Source: Amoebidium appalachense (Eukaryota > Protista > Ichthyosporea). Taken from it: a stretch of DNA of 64,000 nt. Positions 14,936-28,675 of the stretch are shown piece after piece; the stretch's first letter is position 1; each line of letters opens with the position of its first letter. Below the pieces are notes generated by a model. The model saw only the letters and a list, made by a program, of their open reading frames with translations. It was not told the DNA's origin and searched no databases. The DNA is taken from NCBI GenBank assembly GCA_963693365.1, contig CAVNZM010000016.1, forward strand, positions 62,001-126,000. The letters are read 5' to 3'. A program made the translations under genes and the position numbers.

Positions 14936-14968
<33 letters not shown>

Positions 14969-15083
14969 GGTCACAGTGCATTAAGAATGAACCAATAAGG
15001 AAGAACAACAACATTAAACATGAATAAGCATGTTAAAAAAAGCAGCATGAGAAGATTTCGTCTTTGATTGGGGTGTGGTGTGT

Positions 15084-15114
<31 letters not shown>

Positions 15115-16599
15115 GGGGGGGGGGGGAATGGGCACAAACGTTTAGTGTCTTGAAGCTGCTGAGGCGGTTCTTGATGTAGGAGCCGTTGATGGGGGACATG
15201 CACATGATGCGGTGAAGGGCGGGGTTGCCCCATGGGTTGCCCGTCACCGGATCGACGCTGTACATGCGGCCACAGGGATGGTTGTTGCACTCAACTTGAA
15301 CCTACACCAACCACCCCTACCACGTCTTCTTGCGGTACCTAACCTGGTCTGCCAACTTGTCGGGGTCGGCGGCATTGACAGGGGCAACCTGGAACATCTG
15401 TGTTGGTGGGCATGGAGGCATTTGACAGTTTTTTGGAAGGGGGGGGGGGAGGGGGGAGGGGGGGGGATGGGAGGGGCTTTTGGTGTGTGTGTTTTTTTGT
15501 ATGTGTGGGTGGGGAAGTGAGTGAGTGAGTGTGTGTGTGTGTTTTGGGGGGGGGGGGGGGGGGGGGGGGGTTAGAATGAATGAATAACACTAAATGCTAA
15601 CATGTGAAACACGCGTACGTTGTGCTGAAAGACAAAAGCACAAACTTACGAAGTCTAGAGAAGCAGAAAATAGCTTGAACGACTGGTGGAGGGGATGATA
15701 GCTATAGTGCTAACAGGAAAAGTAGTGCCCACAGTCGCTGGTTCATGAACGTGAAAAGGCAACGTGCATCTGCAGCCAGCAGAACACACGCACACGCACG
15801 CACACACACACACATAAACACACACGCACACAGACACAGACACAGACACAGATATAATCACAGGCACGGACACAGACCAGACAGACAAACGCCATATGCA
15901 CAAAAGCAGGCAACACAAAACTAACCTTCAAACGGCCTTTCAGCCGTTAGGCGAAGATGCTTCAGCATGCAGCATGGTCATTCAGCACGGTGGCTGCACG
16001 ACCTGCGGAGGGGACCTGTGACCAGGCGACCTGCGGGAAGGGAACTGCGACCAGGCGACCTGCGGGAAGGGACCTGCGGAACTGCGGACCTGCGGGAAGG
16101 GGGAAAAGAAATGGAGCAAACAACGTGCGTACAGGCTTAAACGGACAAAAAATTGCAAACCGGATTGGGTTTAGCCAATCACTATTTGCTATTTGCTATA
16201 GTTCGGTTTAGTAACCGCCGCGCCTGATTAGGGAAAAGATAAAAATAGATTTCGGCTCGCGCGCGCGCGTGCATCAGCTTGGTGCCCTTAGCGGTGCCCT
16301 TAGTCACAACTATCAGACTATAGTTACGTGTCCTCCACGTGACCCCAGTCTTCCGAGGTGGTGTCATAGGTGGGCGCCAACACCAATAAATTGACTGGTG
16401 ACGGGTGTACAACCAAAGAAACTCAGCAGCACATATAATAACGTTGATGCTATACCCTGCCTAGTTGACGTAATAACTAGTGCACCATCGCACGCGTGAC
16501 CCCCCCCCCCCCCCTGGGGGGGTGTTTTTGCCACGCGGTACCCCTGATATTGTAGGTGTACACTGCCCCCACAACCCCAACTGTGTGCTGAATATCTCG

Positions 16600-17990
16600 T
16601 GCTAGGAAACCAATAACGCGAAAGTAACACATGCTGCATGATATATGATGTATATGGTACAAAGGGGGTTTCAATCCGGGCTACAATGTTGTGTTTTTTT
16701 CGGGTGACCCTCGTACTCCAGAGGCACACTCACCATCCCCCCCATAAACTTTGTGGTAAATTTCTCGTGCCAGAAGCTGTTCTGTGGGTAGTTATTGAAA
16801 AAACCAATAATGTGCAAGTAACATATGTACATATACAATGCTACAAGGGGGGTTCTATACGAGCTACAACGTTGTGTTTTTTTCGTGTGACCCTCGCACT
16901 CCAGGGGCACATTCCCCATCCCCCCCATAAACTGTGTGGTAACTTTCTCGTGCTAGAAGCTCCTAACCCTAAACCCTAACCCTTCTGTGGGTAGTTATTG
17001 AAAAAACCAATAATGTGTAAGCAACGCATGTACATATACTATGCTACAAGGGGGGTTCTATACGAGCTACAACTTTGTGTTTTTTTCGTGTGACCCTCGT
17101 ACTCCAGGGGCACATTCCCCATCCCCCCCATAAACTGTGTGGTAAATTTCTCGTGCTAGAAGCTGTTCTGTGGGTAGTTATTGAAAAAACCAATAATGTG
17201 TAAGCAACACATGTACATATACTATGCTACAAGGGGGGTTCTATTCAATCTACAACGTTGTGTTTTTTTCGTGTGACCCTCGTACTCCAGGGGCACATTC
17301 CCCATCCCCCCCATAAACTGTGTGGTAAATTTCTCGTGCTAGAAGCTGTTCTGTGGGTAGTTATTGAAAAAACCAATAATGTGTAAGTAACACATGTACA
17401 TATACTATGCTACAAGGGGGGTTCTATTCGAGCTACAACGTTGTGTTTTTTTCGTGTGACCCTCGTACTCCAGGGGGGCACATTCCCCATCCCCCCCATA
17501 AACTGTGTGGTAAATTTCTCGTGCTAGAAGCTATTCTGTGGGTAGTTATTGAAAAAACCAAAAATGTCTAGGTAACACATGGACATAAACTATGCTACAA
17601 GGGGGGTTCTATACGAGCTACAACTTTGTGTTTTTTTCGTGTGACCCTCGTACTCCAGGGGCACATTCCCCATCCCCCCCACAAACGTTATGGTAAATTT
17701 CTCGTGCTAGAGGCTATTCTGTGGGTAGTTATTGAAAAACCAATAATGTCTAGGTAACATATGTACATATTCTATGCTACAAGGGGGGTTCTATACGAGC
17801 TACAACGTTGTGTTTTTTTTTGTGTGACCCTCGTACTCCAGGGGCACATTCCCCAACCGCCCATAAACTTTGTGGTAAATTTCTCGTGCTAGAGGCTGTT
17901 CTGTGGGTAGTTATTGAAAACCCAATAATGTCTAGGTAACATATGTACATATACTATGCTACAAGGGGGGTTCTATGCTACAAGGGGTGC
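16600..17990. repeat. ~183-bp tandem array, ~7.5 copies
   Basis: ttctgtgggtagttattgaaaa recurs at about 16780, 16983, 17167, 17350, 17535, 17718 and 17900. Confidence 0.95.
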
Positions 17991-18021
17991 ATGTGCATGT
18001 GCATGTGCATGTGTGTGTGTG

Positions 18022-18063
<42 letters not shown>

Positions 18064-18998
18064 GGAGGGAGGGAGGGACGGAGGGAGGGAGGGACGGGGG
18101 GAGGGAGGGAGGGATGGTTGGGAGGGAGGGAGGGAGGGGGGAGGGAGGGACGGAGGGAGGGACGGAGGGAGGGAGGGAGGGATGGTTGGGAGGGAGGGAG
18201 GGAGGGGGGGAGGGGGGAGGGAGGGTGGGAGGGAGGGAGAAAAGAGAGAGAGACAGTGTGTGTGTGTGCATATCTGTATGTGTGTGTGTGTGTGTGTTTG
18301 CGTGTGTGTGTGTGTGTGCATATGTGAGTGTGCATGTGCATGTGTGTGTGTCTGTGTGTGCATATGTGCATGTGTGTGTGTGTGCCTGTGTGTGTGTGTG
18401 TATGCGTGTCTGTGTCTGATGTGTGGATGTCTGTGTATGTTGTGTGTGTGTGCATGTCTGTGTGTGTGTATGTGCTCAGTTGAAAGGGCAGGGGAGGAGA
18501 GGGGGGATGCACCGTGTGTGTGCATGTGTGCACGTGTGTGTGTGTGTGCTCTGTGGAGAGGGAAGGGGAGGGGGGAAATGCACCGTGTGTGTGCATGTAT
18601 GTGTGTGTGTGTGTCTGTGTGTGTCTGTGTGTATGTGTGTGTGTGTGTTGTGTGTTTGTGTGTGTGTGCATGTCTGTGTGCGTCATGTGTGGTGTGTGTG
18701 TGTGTGTGTGCATGTCTGTGCATGTGTGCATGTGCTCGGTGGAGAGGGAAGGGGAAGGGGGGGATTCGTGTCCGTGCATGTGTGCATGTGTGTGTGTGTG
18801 TGTGTGTGTGTGCATGTATGTGTGTGTGTATGTGCACGGTTGAGAGGGAAGGGGGGGGGGGGGGGATGCACCATGTGTGTGCATGTGTGCACGTGTGTGT
18901 GTGTGTGTGCTCTGTGGAGAGGGAATGGGAGGGGGAGGAAATGCACCGTGTGTGTGCATATGTGTGTGTGTCTCTCTGTATGTGTGTGTGTGTGTGTT

Positions 18999-19083
<85 letters not shown>

Positions 19084-19209
19084 GGTGTGTGTGTGTGTCC
19101 CGGTGTGCCAGTGTGCGTGCGTGTGTGTGAGTGCATGTTTCTGCATTGTGTGCGAGCATGTGGATGCCTTGGGAAGAGCAAGATTGGACGGTATCGAATG
19201 CTGTGTGTG

Positions 19210-19247
<38 letters not shown>

Positions 19248-19250
19248 CAA
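17990..19250. repeat. Compound (GT)n/(GCATGT)n/(GGGA)n microsatellite with recurring ggagagggaagggg...atgcacc units
   Basis: Directly visible. Confidence 0.9.
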
Positions 19251-19385
19251 TGATAAGCCGGCCATGTGTTTATCATGGCGCACCGGTAAATGCATGTGGC
19301 GATTATGTGTAAATATATAAACGGAAATACATTATAAAAAAGGACTCACTCAACGAGATGAAGGAGCGTTACAGAACGTACGTGT

Positions 19386-19441
<56 letters not shown>

Positions 19442-20239
19442 CCCCCCCTGTCTTCCCTCCTTCCCCACTACGACCCCCCCCCCCCCCCCCTGCACGTGTC
19501 TAGGTGTATAGATCCTACACGAAACGATGGCAGAACTTTCGCCATTTGGTAATCTATGAAAACTACTCCGGGACGTGTGTTGCCTCTAGGGGGACATCCC
19601 CTTGGACGAAAGTGAACCTGCAATGGTTGTAAACCACGGCAAGCCCCCAGTCATCAATTTATTGATCCGTGAGGTCCATGTGCCCAAAAAACGGGGGAAG
19701 TCTTCGCCCCATGAAAAAACAGCACGTATGTGTGGATCAATGGGGGTTGTGTGTGGGTGTAGGTGGGTGGGTGAAAAGGAATATATAGCTGTAAGGCTGT
19801 GGATGCTAAACACAGAAGATGTGTTTGTAGCTTGCTGATCTGCTAAAAACTGTCGTGCTTATATACCTAAGCCTACCGATCTGAGCCAATCAAAAATCGA
19901 TCTAGTGATATGTGAAATCTGATCCGAGCCAGTCATAACTCGGTCTAGTGATCTGTGGTATCTGATGTTTTGATTGGCTAATAGGTGCCCGTGTGCGGGC
20001 AGCCAACCGCTAACTGCTAAAACACGAAATGAAGCCTACATGGTTATGTTGGTATCGAACACCCATCCTACGTGTTTACCCAGAAAAATATTTATGTCAA
20101 TAATTTCCACAAATAAAACCTCTATGAAAACTACTCCGGGACGTGTGTTGCCTCTAGGGGGACATCCCCTTGGACGAAAGTGAACCTGCAATGGTTGTAA
20201 ACCACGGCACGAGAGCAGTATGCTTGCTCCAAAGGTTTC

Positions 20240-21270
20240 ACTTAAGACCCGGAGGAGGATTGCAGCCGAGTATAGATCAGGGAACAGTCGGAAGATCATC
20301 TGCCAAGTTTGTTGGATCCTGGAGTCGTCGACCCCGGCCTCGGCCAGGGCTGTGGCCCCCCCAATTCGGAGGCTGTGGCCGGCAAACCGGGAGGGTGAGA
20401 GGCCCGCCCGGGAGAGGAGGGCACGGAAGTCGTCAGAGAAAACACCCTTGGTGTAGGGAATGCCACCGAGACTGAACAGGGGGTCGTCAGGTTGACCGGA
20501 TGTCGTATCCAGGAACTGCCGGAGGAGATGGGCTGGGGAGAAGTGGGTGAGAGGTAGGGCAGCTAGAGTGACGTTGACACTTAGGGCTGTACATCCATCT
20601 TGGAGGTTGGCAGGTGGAGGGTGGCATGGGACAAAGTACTGGTGGGGGTGTAGCTGAAGGTCACGTCCTTCCATTTCACGTGACGGGACGGGTCGAAGGA
20701 AGTCAGGGTCTTGGAGGTAAATTCCCACGAACGGAGGAGACCACAAAAACCGACGATGAGGGCCGTCCAAAGCCGGCGATTGGCTGAGGAGGCCTGGGTG
20801 GGGCACTGGCCATGGAGTAGGCCGAGGTGGGAGGGCAGGAGGGGGTTCTCTGGGAGATGATCGGGGTCGGATGTTGTGAGAAAGGCTGCCATCTGCCCAC
20901 CCCTTGTAGGAACCAGGCGAGAGACTCGTCGTGGGGGTAGGGAGCCGGAAGTCCCATGTCGAGGTGGAGTCTGGTGATAGCCGAATTGTAGCCGGCCAAG
21001 GAAGAGGCCTGTACCCCTTGTTGGGCACACCAGGCAAGAAAGAGCTGCACGGTGTGTGGGGAGGCCGGGAGGTAGGACCCGGAGGAGGATGGCAGCCGAG
21101 ATGCCACAAAAAATCGATGAACACTTTCTGCACCCGGGAGTAGAAGGCCCGAGAGTCGAGGTTGATACTCAGGGCCTGGCACTCCGGCAGGGTAGTGGTG
21201 GCTCGAAGCAGCACGGCCGGAGCAAAGTGGGGGGCCAATCTGCCAGCGTTGCTCCGGAAGGGAAGATCGG
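20240..21270 (-). pseudogene. Frameshifted tyrosine recombinase
   Basis: GHSLRIGGATALAEAG and LLRSWE pieces are spread over three frames. Confidence 0.88.
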
Positions 21271-21594
21271 GGGGGGGGGGGAGGGGAGGGGGGTTGAGCC
21301 CAGGGGAAGGGAGAGGGCATGTGCCGGAAGGCAGCCTGCACGTCTGCCACTGCCATGTAGCAGCCGGGGCCTGCGTCGAGATTGAGCTGGGGTCCCGGGC
21401 TTGTTGTTTTTCTTTTTTTTTTTGTAGTAACGGCGCCGATGGGGGAGGAACGGAGGACCGGAAACTCAGCAAGGAATTGGTCCGGGAAGAGGGTGGCCGC
21501 GCTGGTGGCCGAGGGGGGGCTGGGCCTCCGGGTCTGAGCCTCGGGGGAAGGTGTGGTTAGCAAGGGTGGGGCACCCTCGGGGAGACCCCGGCAG

Positions 21595-21633
<39 letters not shown>

Positions 21634-24244
21634 CAGGGCCCCGGGGGGTTTAGAGTAGGGCAGCTGGGCCCGAGAGAGGTTGCAGGCAGGGCAGCGGGGC
21701 CATGTGCAGGGGATGCCCGAGCACGCAGGGATGCGGGCGGACACAGAGTGAGAAGGGGGGGGGGGAGGGAGTGCTAGGTGAGTGTAAGGGGGGGGGGGGG
21801 GGGGAGGCTCGTGGGATGGGTGGGGAGTAAAATTATGTGCAGTGGCCAGAATAACGTCTTTTGTGTAGGGACATGTATTCTGTGGCGCGCGCGGGCGCCG
21901 TAGGTGGCCTGCAAAAAATTTGTACTCAGCCCTAGTGGCCCGTGCTCCCGAGCTCCGTGTCCCTGTACCCGTGTATCCTAGCTCCTAGCCCCTATGTTCT
22001 ATCTTGTGTGTGCGGGCAGCTGGGCCCGAGGGAGATTGCAGGCAGAACAGCGGGGCCATGTGCAGGGGATGCCCGAGCACGCGGGGATGCGGGCGGACAC
22101 AGAGTTAGAAGGGGGGGGGGGGGGGGGGGGGAGGGAGTGCTAGGTGAGTGTAAGGGGGGGGGAGGCTCGTGGGATGGGTGGGGAGTAAAATTATGTGCAG
22201 TGGCCAGAATAACGTCTTTGTGTAGGGACATGTATTCTGTGGCGCGCGCGGGCGCCGTAGGTGGCTTGCGAAAATTTGTACTTAGCCCTAGTGACCCGAG
22301 CTCCCGAGCTCCGTGTCCCTGTACCCGTGTATCCTAGCTCCTAGCCCCTATGTTCTATCTGTGTGTGTGGGTGTGCGCGTAGACTAGGCATTAGGCTTGC
22401 AGTCTTTGCGGGGGTGTGTGCCAGAGCAGAGCGGGCACACGTGGGAGAGGGGGCAGGGCTGCTTAGCGCAGGACCGACCTTAAATGTGGAAATTCATGTA
22501 GTGCGTGGCGGGTAGCTCCACCGATCAGGCCGGTGTTGCCAGGCCGGGGTGCGGGTCAGGGCGGTTGGGGGTTTGTCCCCCGCCGGGCTTGTGGGGCGGT
22601 GTGAAGCCATCAAGTCTTAGACCACAGCCGGGCTTGGGGTACTACATGGGACAGGCCTGAGGGGGGGCTTCAGGGGTAGAGGGGAGAGTGGCTTGGAGGG
22701 TCCGTGGTGGTGGGGGCCGCCGGAGGCGCGTCAGTGCCCGCGGGAGCGTTGGGCAGCTGGTTGCGGAGGTCGCGTAATTTGAAATTCGTTTGGAGGGGCG
22801 TCGAGCCTGAGGGTTCTTGCTGCTCGGGGGTTACTGGGAAAGCCGGAACAGGGAGGGGAGGAGGGGCTTTGACGGGATTGGTTTTGGGATCAGGCACGAC
22901 GGAGGCAGGGTCAAAGGCAGGTAAGTCCGGACGGAGAAGGTTAACTGGGTCGGGCCAGGGGCTTTGGAAACGGGGGCGGGCAGCACGGTAGGCTGGCTGG
23001 GCAGAAATGTGGATGGGCAGGCAGCACGGTTACGTAGGCTGGCTGGGCAGAAACGTGGATGGGAACGACCGGACCTGGCAGCATGTGTAGCTGGCCGGGG
23101 TCGGGTGGCAACAGGGGGGGAACAGCTGCAGGGGAACTGGGGCCGTGCAGGGTTTGGGGTAGCTGAGATCTCGACGAGGCTGGCCTTGTGATCTGAGGAA
23201 AAAATGCTGCTGGAATGCGGGGCAGACCAGTGGAATGTGAGGTATCCATCGACAGTGAAGTCATGGTGGGGGGAGACATGGCGGGAAACAGGGTGGGAAA
23301 ACAGGGAAGGAGGCGGGTTGAACATGGTAAGCTGTTCTGGCAGGGACTTGGGGTCAGTCAGGACTCCTGAACAGTAGGAAAGCACAAGGTGCTTTGACTG
23401 GGTTTAACATAAGCGACGCGATTGGAGTACCGTATTTGAATACTCAGAAGGGCAATCGGGCAAGGACTATGAGCGAGGATAGTCAATGCGGATCGAAGCG
23501 GGGTGTGAAATTCTAGGCCATCGGGATTGAAAACGGGGTTTGAAATTAGACGAGCGGTAGGGACTTAGATCACAGCGGCGCGGCGCGTGAGGGACCATGT
23601 CAGGAAATCTTCTTGAAGTGTCGAGGAACTTGTAGGGCGACTAGCCCTAACCGGGACGGAACTGGCAGGAGTGCAAGCCTAACTTGCGAGGAGGACACGA
23701 GGGCAAGCTGAACTTGCAAGGATGGCACGATTGTCAAGGTGTGACAGAAGCTCGTGTCAAGAGTTGTCACGGAGTGTGAAAAGGAATATATAGCTGTAAG
23801 GCTGTGGATGCTAAACACAGAAGATGTGTTTGTAGCTTGCCGATCTGCTAAAAACTGTCGTGCTTATATACCTAAGCCTACCGATCTGAGCCAATCAAAA
23901 ATCGATCTAGTGATATGTGAAATCTGATCCGAGCCAGTCATAACTCGGTCTAGTGATCTGTGGTATCTGATGTTTTGATTGGCTAATAGGTGCCCGTGTG
24001 CGGGCAGCCAACCGCTAACTGCTAAAACACGAAATGAAGCCTACATGGTTATGTTGGTATCGAACACCCATCCTACGTGTTTACCCAGAAAAATATTTAT
24101 GTCAATAATTTCCACAAATAAAACCTCTATGAAAACTACTCCGGGACGTGTGTTGCCTCTAGGGGGACATCCCCTTGGACGAAAGTGAACCTGCAATGGT
24201 TGTAAACCACGGCACGAGAGCAGTATGCTTGCTCCAAAGGTTTC

Positions 24245-25272
24245 ACTTAAGACCCGGAGGAGGATTGCAGCCGAGTATAGATCAGGGAACAGTCGGAAGA
24301 TCATCTGCCAAGTTTGTTGGATCCTGGAGTCGTCGACCCCGGCCTCGGCCAGGGCTGTGGCCCCCCCAATTCGGAGGCTGTGGCCGGCAAACCGGGAGGG
24401 TGAGAGGCCCGCCCGGGAGAGGAGGGCACGGAAGTCGTCAGAGAAAACACCCTTGGTGTAGGGAATGCCACCGAGACTGAACAGGGGGTCGTCAGGTTGA
24501 CCGGATGTCGTATCCAGGAACTGCCGGAGGAGATGGGCTGGGGAGAAGTGGGTGAGAGGTAGGGCAGCTAGAGTGACGTTGACACTTAGGGCTGTACATC
24601 CATCTTGGAGGTTGGCAGGTGGAGGGTGGCATGGGACAAAGTACTGGTGGGGGTGTAGCTGAAGGTCACGTCCTTCCATTTCACGTGACGGGACGGGTCG
24701 AAGGAAGTCAGGGTCTTGGAGGTAAATTCCCACGAACGGAGGAGACCACAAAAACCGACGATGAGGGCCGTCCAAAGCCGGCGATTGGCTGAGGAGGCCT
24801 GGGTGGGGCACTGGCCATGGAGTAGGCCGAGGTGGGAGGGCAGGAGGGGGTTCTCTGGGAGATGATCGGGGTCGGATGTTGTGAGAAAGGCTGCCATCTG
24901 CCCACCCCTTGTAGGAACCAGGCGAGAGACTCGTCGTGGGGGTAGGGAGCCGGAAGTCCCATGTCGAGGTGGAGTCTGGTGATAGCCGAATTGTAGCCGG
25001 CCAAGGAAGAGGCCTGTACCCCTTGTTGGGCACACCAGGCAAGAAAGAGCTGCACGGTGTGTGGGGAGGCCGGGAGGTAGGACCCGGAGGAGGATGGCAG
25101 CCGAGATGCCACAAAAAATCGATGAACACTTTCTGCACCCGGGAGTAGAAGGCCCGAGAGTCGAGGTTGATACTCAGGGCCTGGCACTCCGGCAGGGTAG
25201 TGGTGGCTCGAAGCAGCACGGCCGGAGCAAAGTGGGGGGCCAATCTGCCAGCGTTGCTCCGGAAGGGAAGAT
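24245..25272 (-). pseudogene. Frameshifted tyrosine recombinase (second dimer unit)
   Basis: Same lesions as 20240-21270. Confidence 0.88.
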
Positions 25273-28184
25273 CGGGGGGGGGGGGGGGAGGGGAGGGGGG
25301 GTTGAGCCCAGGGGAAGGGAGAGGGCATGTGCCGGAAGGCAGCCTGCACGTCTGCCACTGCCATGTAGCAGCCGGGGCCTGCGTCGAGATTGAGCTGGGG
25401 TCCCGGGCTTGTTGTTTTTCTTTTTTTTTTTGTAGTAACGGCGCCGATGGGGGAGGAACGGAGGACCGGAAACTCAGCAAGGAATTGGTCCGGGAAGAGG
25501 GTGGCCGCGCTGGTGGCCGAGGGGGGGCTGGGCCTCCGGGTCTGAGCCTCGGGGGAAGGTGTGGTTAGCAAGGGTGGGGCACCCTCGGGGAGACCCCCGG
25601 CAGCCGGGGGGGGGGGGGGGGGGGGGGGGACAGCAGGGCCCCGGGGGGTTTAGAGTAGGGCAGCTGGGCCCGAGAGAGGTTGCAGGCAGGGCAGCGGGGC
25701 CATGTGCAGGGGATGCCCGAGCACGCAGGGATGCGGGCGGACACAGAGTGAGAAGGGGGGGGGGAGGGAGTGCTAGGTGAGTGTAAGGGGGGGGGGGGGG
25801 GAGGCTCGTGGGATGGGTGGGGAGTAAAATTATGTGCAGTGGCCAGAATAACGTCTTTTGTGTAGGGACATGTATTCTGTGGCGCGCGCGGGCGCCGTAG
25901 GTGGCCTGCAAAAAATTTGTACTCAGCCCTAGTGGCCCGTGCTCCCGAGCTCCGTGTCCCTGTACCCGTGTATCCTAGCTCCTAGCCCCTATGTTCTATC
26001 TTGTGTGTGCGGGCAGCTGGGCCCGAGGGAGATTGCAGGCAGAACAGCGGGGCCATGTGCAGGGGATGCCCGAGCACGCGGGGATGCGGGCGGACACAGA
26101 GTTAGAAGGGGGGGGGGGGGGGGGGGGGGAGGGAGTGCTAGGTGAGTGTAAGGGGGGGGGAGGCTCGTGGGATGGGTGGGGAGTAAAATTATGTGCAGTG
26201 GCCAGAATAACGTCTTTGTGTAGGGACATGTATTCTGTGGCGCGCGCGGGCGCCGTAGGTGGCTTGCGAAAATTTGTACTTAGCCCTAGTGACCCGAGCT
26301 CCCGAGCTCCGTGTCCCTGTACCCGTGTATCCTAGCTCCTAGCCCCTATGTTCTATCTGTGTGTGTGGGTGTGCGCGTAGACTAGGCATTAGGCTTGCAG
26401 TCTTTGCGGGGGTGTGTGCCAGAGCAGAGCGGGCACACGTGGGAGAGGGGGCAGGGCTGCTTAGCGCAGGACCGACCTTAAATGTGGAAATTCATGTAGT
26501 GCGTGGCGGGTAGCTCCACCGATCAGGCCGGTGTTGCCAGGCCGGGGTGCGGGTCAGGGCGGTTGGGGGTTTGTCCCCCGCCGGGCTTGTGGGGCGGTGT
26601 GAAGCCATCAAGTCTTAGACCACAGCCGGGCTTGGGGTACTACATGGGACAGGCCTGAGGGGGGGCTTCAGGGGTAGAGGGGAGAGTGGCTTGGAGGGTC
26701 CGTGGTGGTGGGGGCCGCCGGAGGCGCGTCAGTGCCCGCGGGAGCGTTGGGCAGCTGGTTGCGGAGGTCGCGTAATTTGAAATTCGTTTGGAGGGGCGTC
26801 GAGCCTGAGGGTTCTTGCTGCTCGGGGGTTACTGGGAAAGCCGGAACAGGGAGGGGAGGAGGGGCTTTGACGGGATTGGTTTTGGGATCAGGCACGACGG
26901 AGGCAGGGTCAAAGGCAGGTAAGTCCGGACGGAGAAGGTTAACTGGGTCGGGCCAGGGGCTTTGGAAACGGGGGCGGGCAGCACGGTAGGCTGGCTGGGC
27001 AGAAATGTGGATGGGCAGGCAGCACGGTTACGTAGGCTGGCTGGGCAGAAACGTGGATGGGAACGACCGGACCTGGCAGCATGTGTAGCTGGCCGGGGTC
27101 GGGTGGCAACAGGGGGGGAACAGCTGCAGGGGAACTGGGGCCGTGCAGGGTTTGGGGTAGCTGAGATCTCGACGAGGCTGGCCTTGTGATCTGAGGAAAA
27201 AATGCTGCTGGAATGCGGGGCAGACCAGTGGAATGTGAGGTATCCATCGACAGTGAAGTCATGGTGGGGGGAGACATGGCGGGAAACAGGGTGGGAAAAC
27301 AGGGAAGGAGGCGGGTTGAACATGGTAAGCTGTTCTGGCAGGGACTTGGGGTCAGTCAGGACTCCTGAACAGTAGGAAAGCACAAGGTGCTTTGACTGGG
27401 TTTAACATAAGCGACGCGATTGGAGTACCGTATTTGAATACTCAGAAGGGCAATCGGGCAAGGACTATGAGCGAGGATAGTCAATGCGGATCGAAGCGGG
27501 GTGTGAAATTCTAGGCCATCGGGATTGAAAACGGGGTTTGAAATTAGACGAGCGGTAGGGACTTAGATCACAGCGGCGCGGCGCGTGAGGGACCATGTCA
27601 GGAAATCTTCTTGAAGTGTCGAGGAACTTGTAGGGCGACTAGCCCTAACCGGGACGGAACTGGCAGGAGTGCAAGCCTAACTTGCGAGGAGGACACGAGG
27701 GCAAGCTGAACTTGCAAGGATGGCACGATTGTCAAGGTGTGACAGAAGCTCGTGTCAAGAGTTGTCACGGAGTGTGAAAAGGAATATATAGCTGTAAGGC
27801 TGTGGATGCTAAACACAGAAGATGTGTTTGTAGCTTGCCGATCTGCTAAAAACTGTCGTGCTTATATACCTAAGCCTACCGATCTGAGCCAATCAAAAAT
27901 CGATCTAGTGATATGTGAAATCTGATCCGAGCCAGTCATAACTCGGTCTAGTGATCTGTGGTATCTGATGTTTTGATTGGCTAATAGGTGCCCGTGTGCG
28001 GGCAGCCAACCGCTAACTGCTAAAACACGAAATGAAGCCTACATGGTTATGTTGGTATCGAACACCCATCCTACGTGTTTACCCAGAAAAATATTTATGT
28101 CAATAATTTCCACAAATAAAACCTGGACTCCGTGCCGCTCTAGTGCATTATATTGTAAAGTAATATCACCAACAAAAAACCCAG

Positions 28185-28393
28185 GTTCGGCAAAGCTGCG
28201 TACGAGTGCTTCAAGGACTCCACCAAGAACGAACTCAAAACATCGAAATTCCATGCTGGTGTGCATTATTCTGACGACTATCGCCTCTTTGGCCCGGTGG
28301 AGTCAGCTGAGAGCTGGGAGCGTGCTCACAAATACTACTGCAAGATGCCGTATCATATGACCAACAAGAACTCTGCATGCATTCATTTTGCAG
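28185..28393 (+). pseudogene. Exon of a Plavaka/CMC-like transposase
   Basis: Hand translation FGKAAYECFKDSTKNELKTSKFHAGVHYSDDYRLFGPVESAESWERAHKYYCKMPYHMTNKN fits the K.H...HY....FG....E..H...K..Y..TNK pattern I recall for Plavaka transposases. Borders are CAG| and |GTGAGT; a 4-bp duplication causes a frameshift. Confidence 0.65.
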
Positions 28394-28675
28394 GTGAGTA
28401 CTAGTACTCCAAATTATGGTGAAATCTACGATATCCTGCGAGCATGTTTGTATGTCGTAGTCCACATGTTGACGATAATATGTATCGTCTTACGACCGTT
28501 TGTACCGTACGATATATCGTTTTACGACAGTAATATGGATGGTATTGTTACAGTCTTGGGGATGGCCCATGGATATACATAAGGCGTCTTATGGACTATG
28601 TTTGGACATCTTTATTACACCGTAGACATGTGAACCACCTTCAAAGGTGGATACTACAAGCTGGATACATTTGCA

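Larger units (their letters stand above)
19554..28124 (-). mobile_element. Degenerate Ngaro-like element as a head-to-tail dimer: A-body-B-A-body-B-A-U-B, ~4.0-kb period
   Basis: A repeats at about 27774-28121, 23776-24123 and 19771-20118; B at about 24127-24214, 20121-20209 and 19554-19640; ORFs duplicated at +4005/+3998; gag and pol carry internal deletions. Confidence 0.92.
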
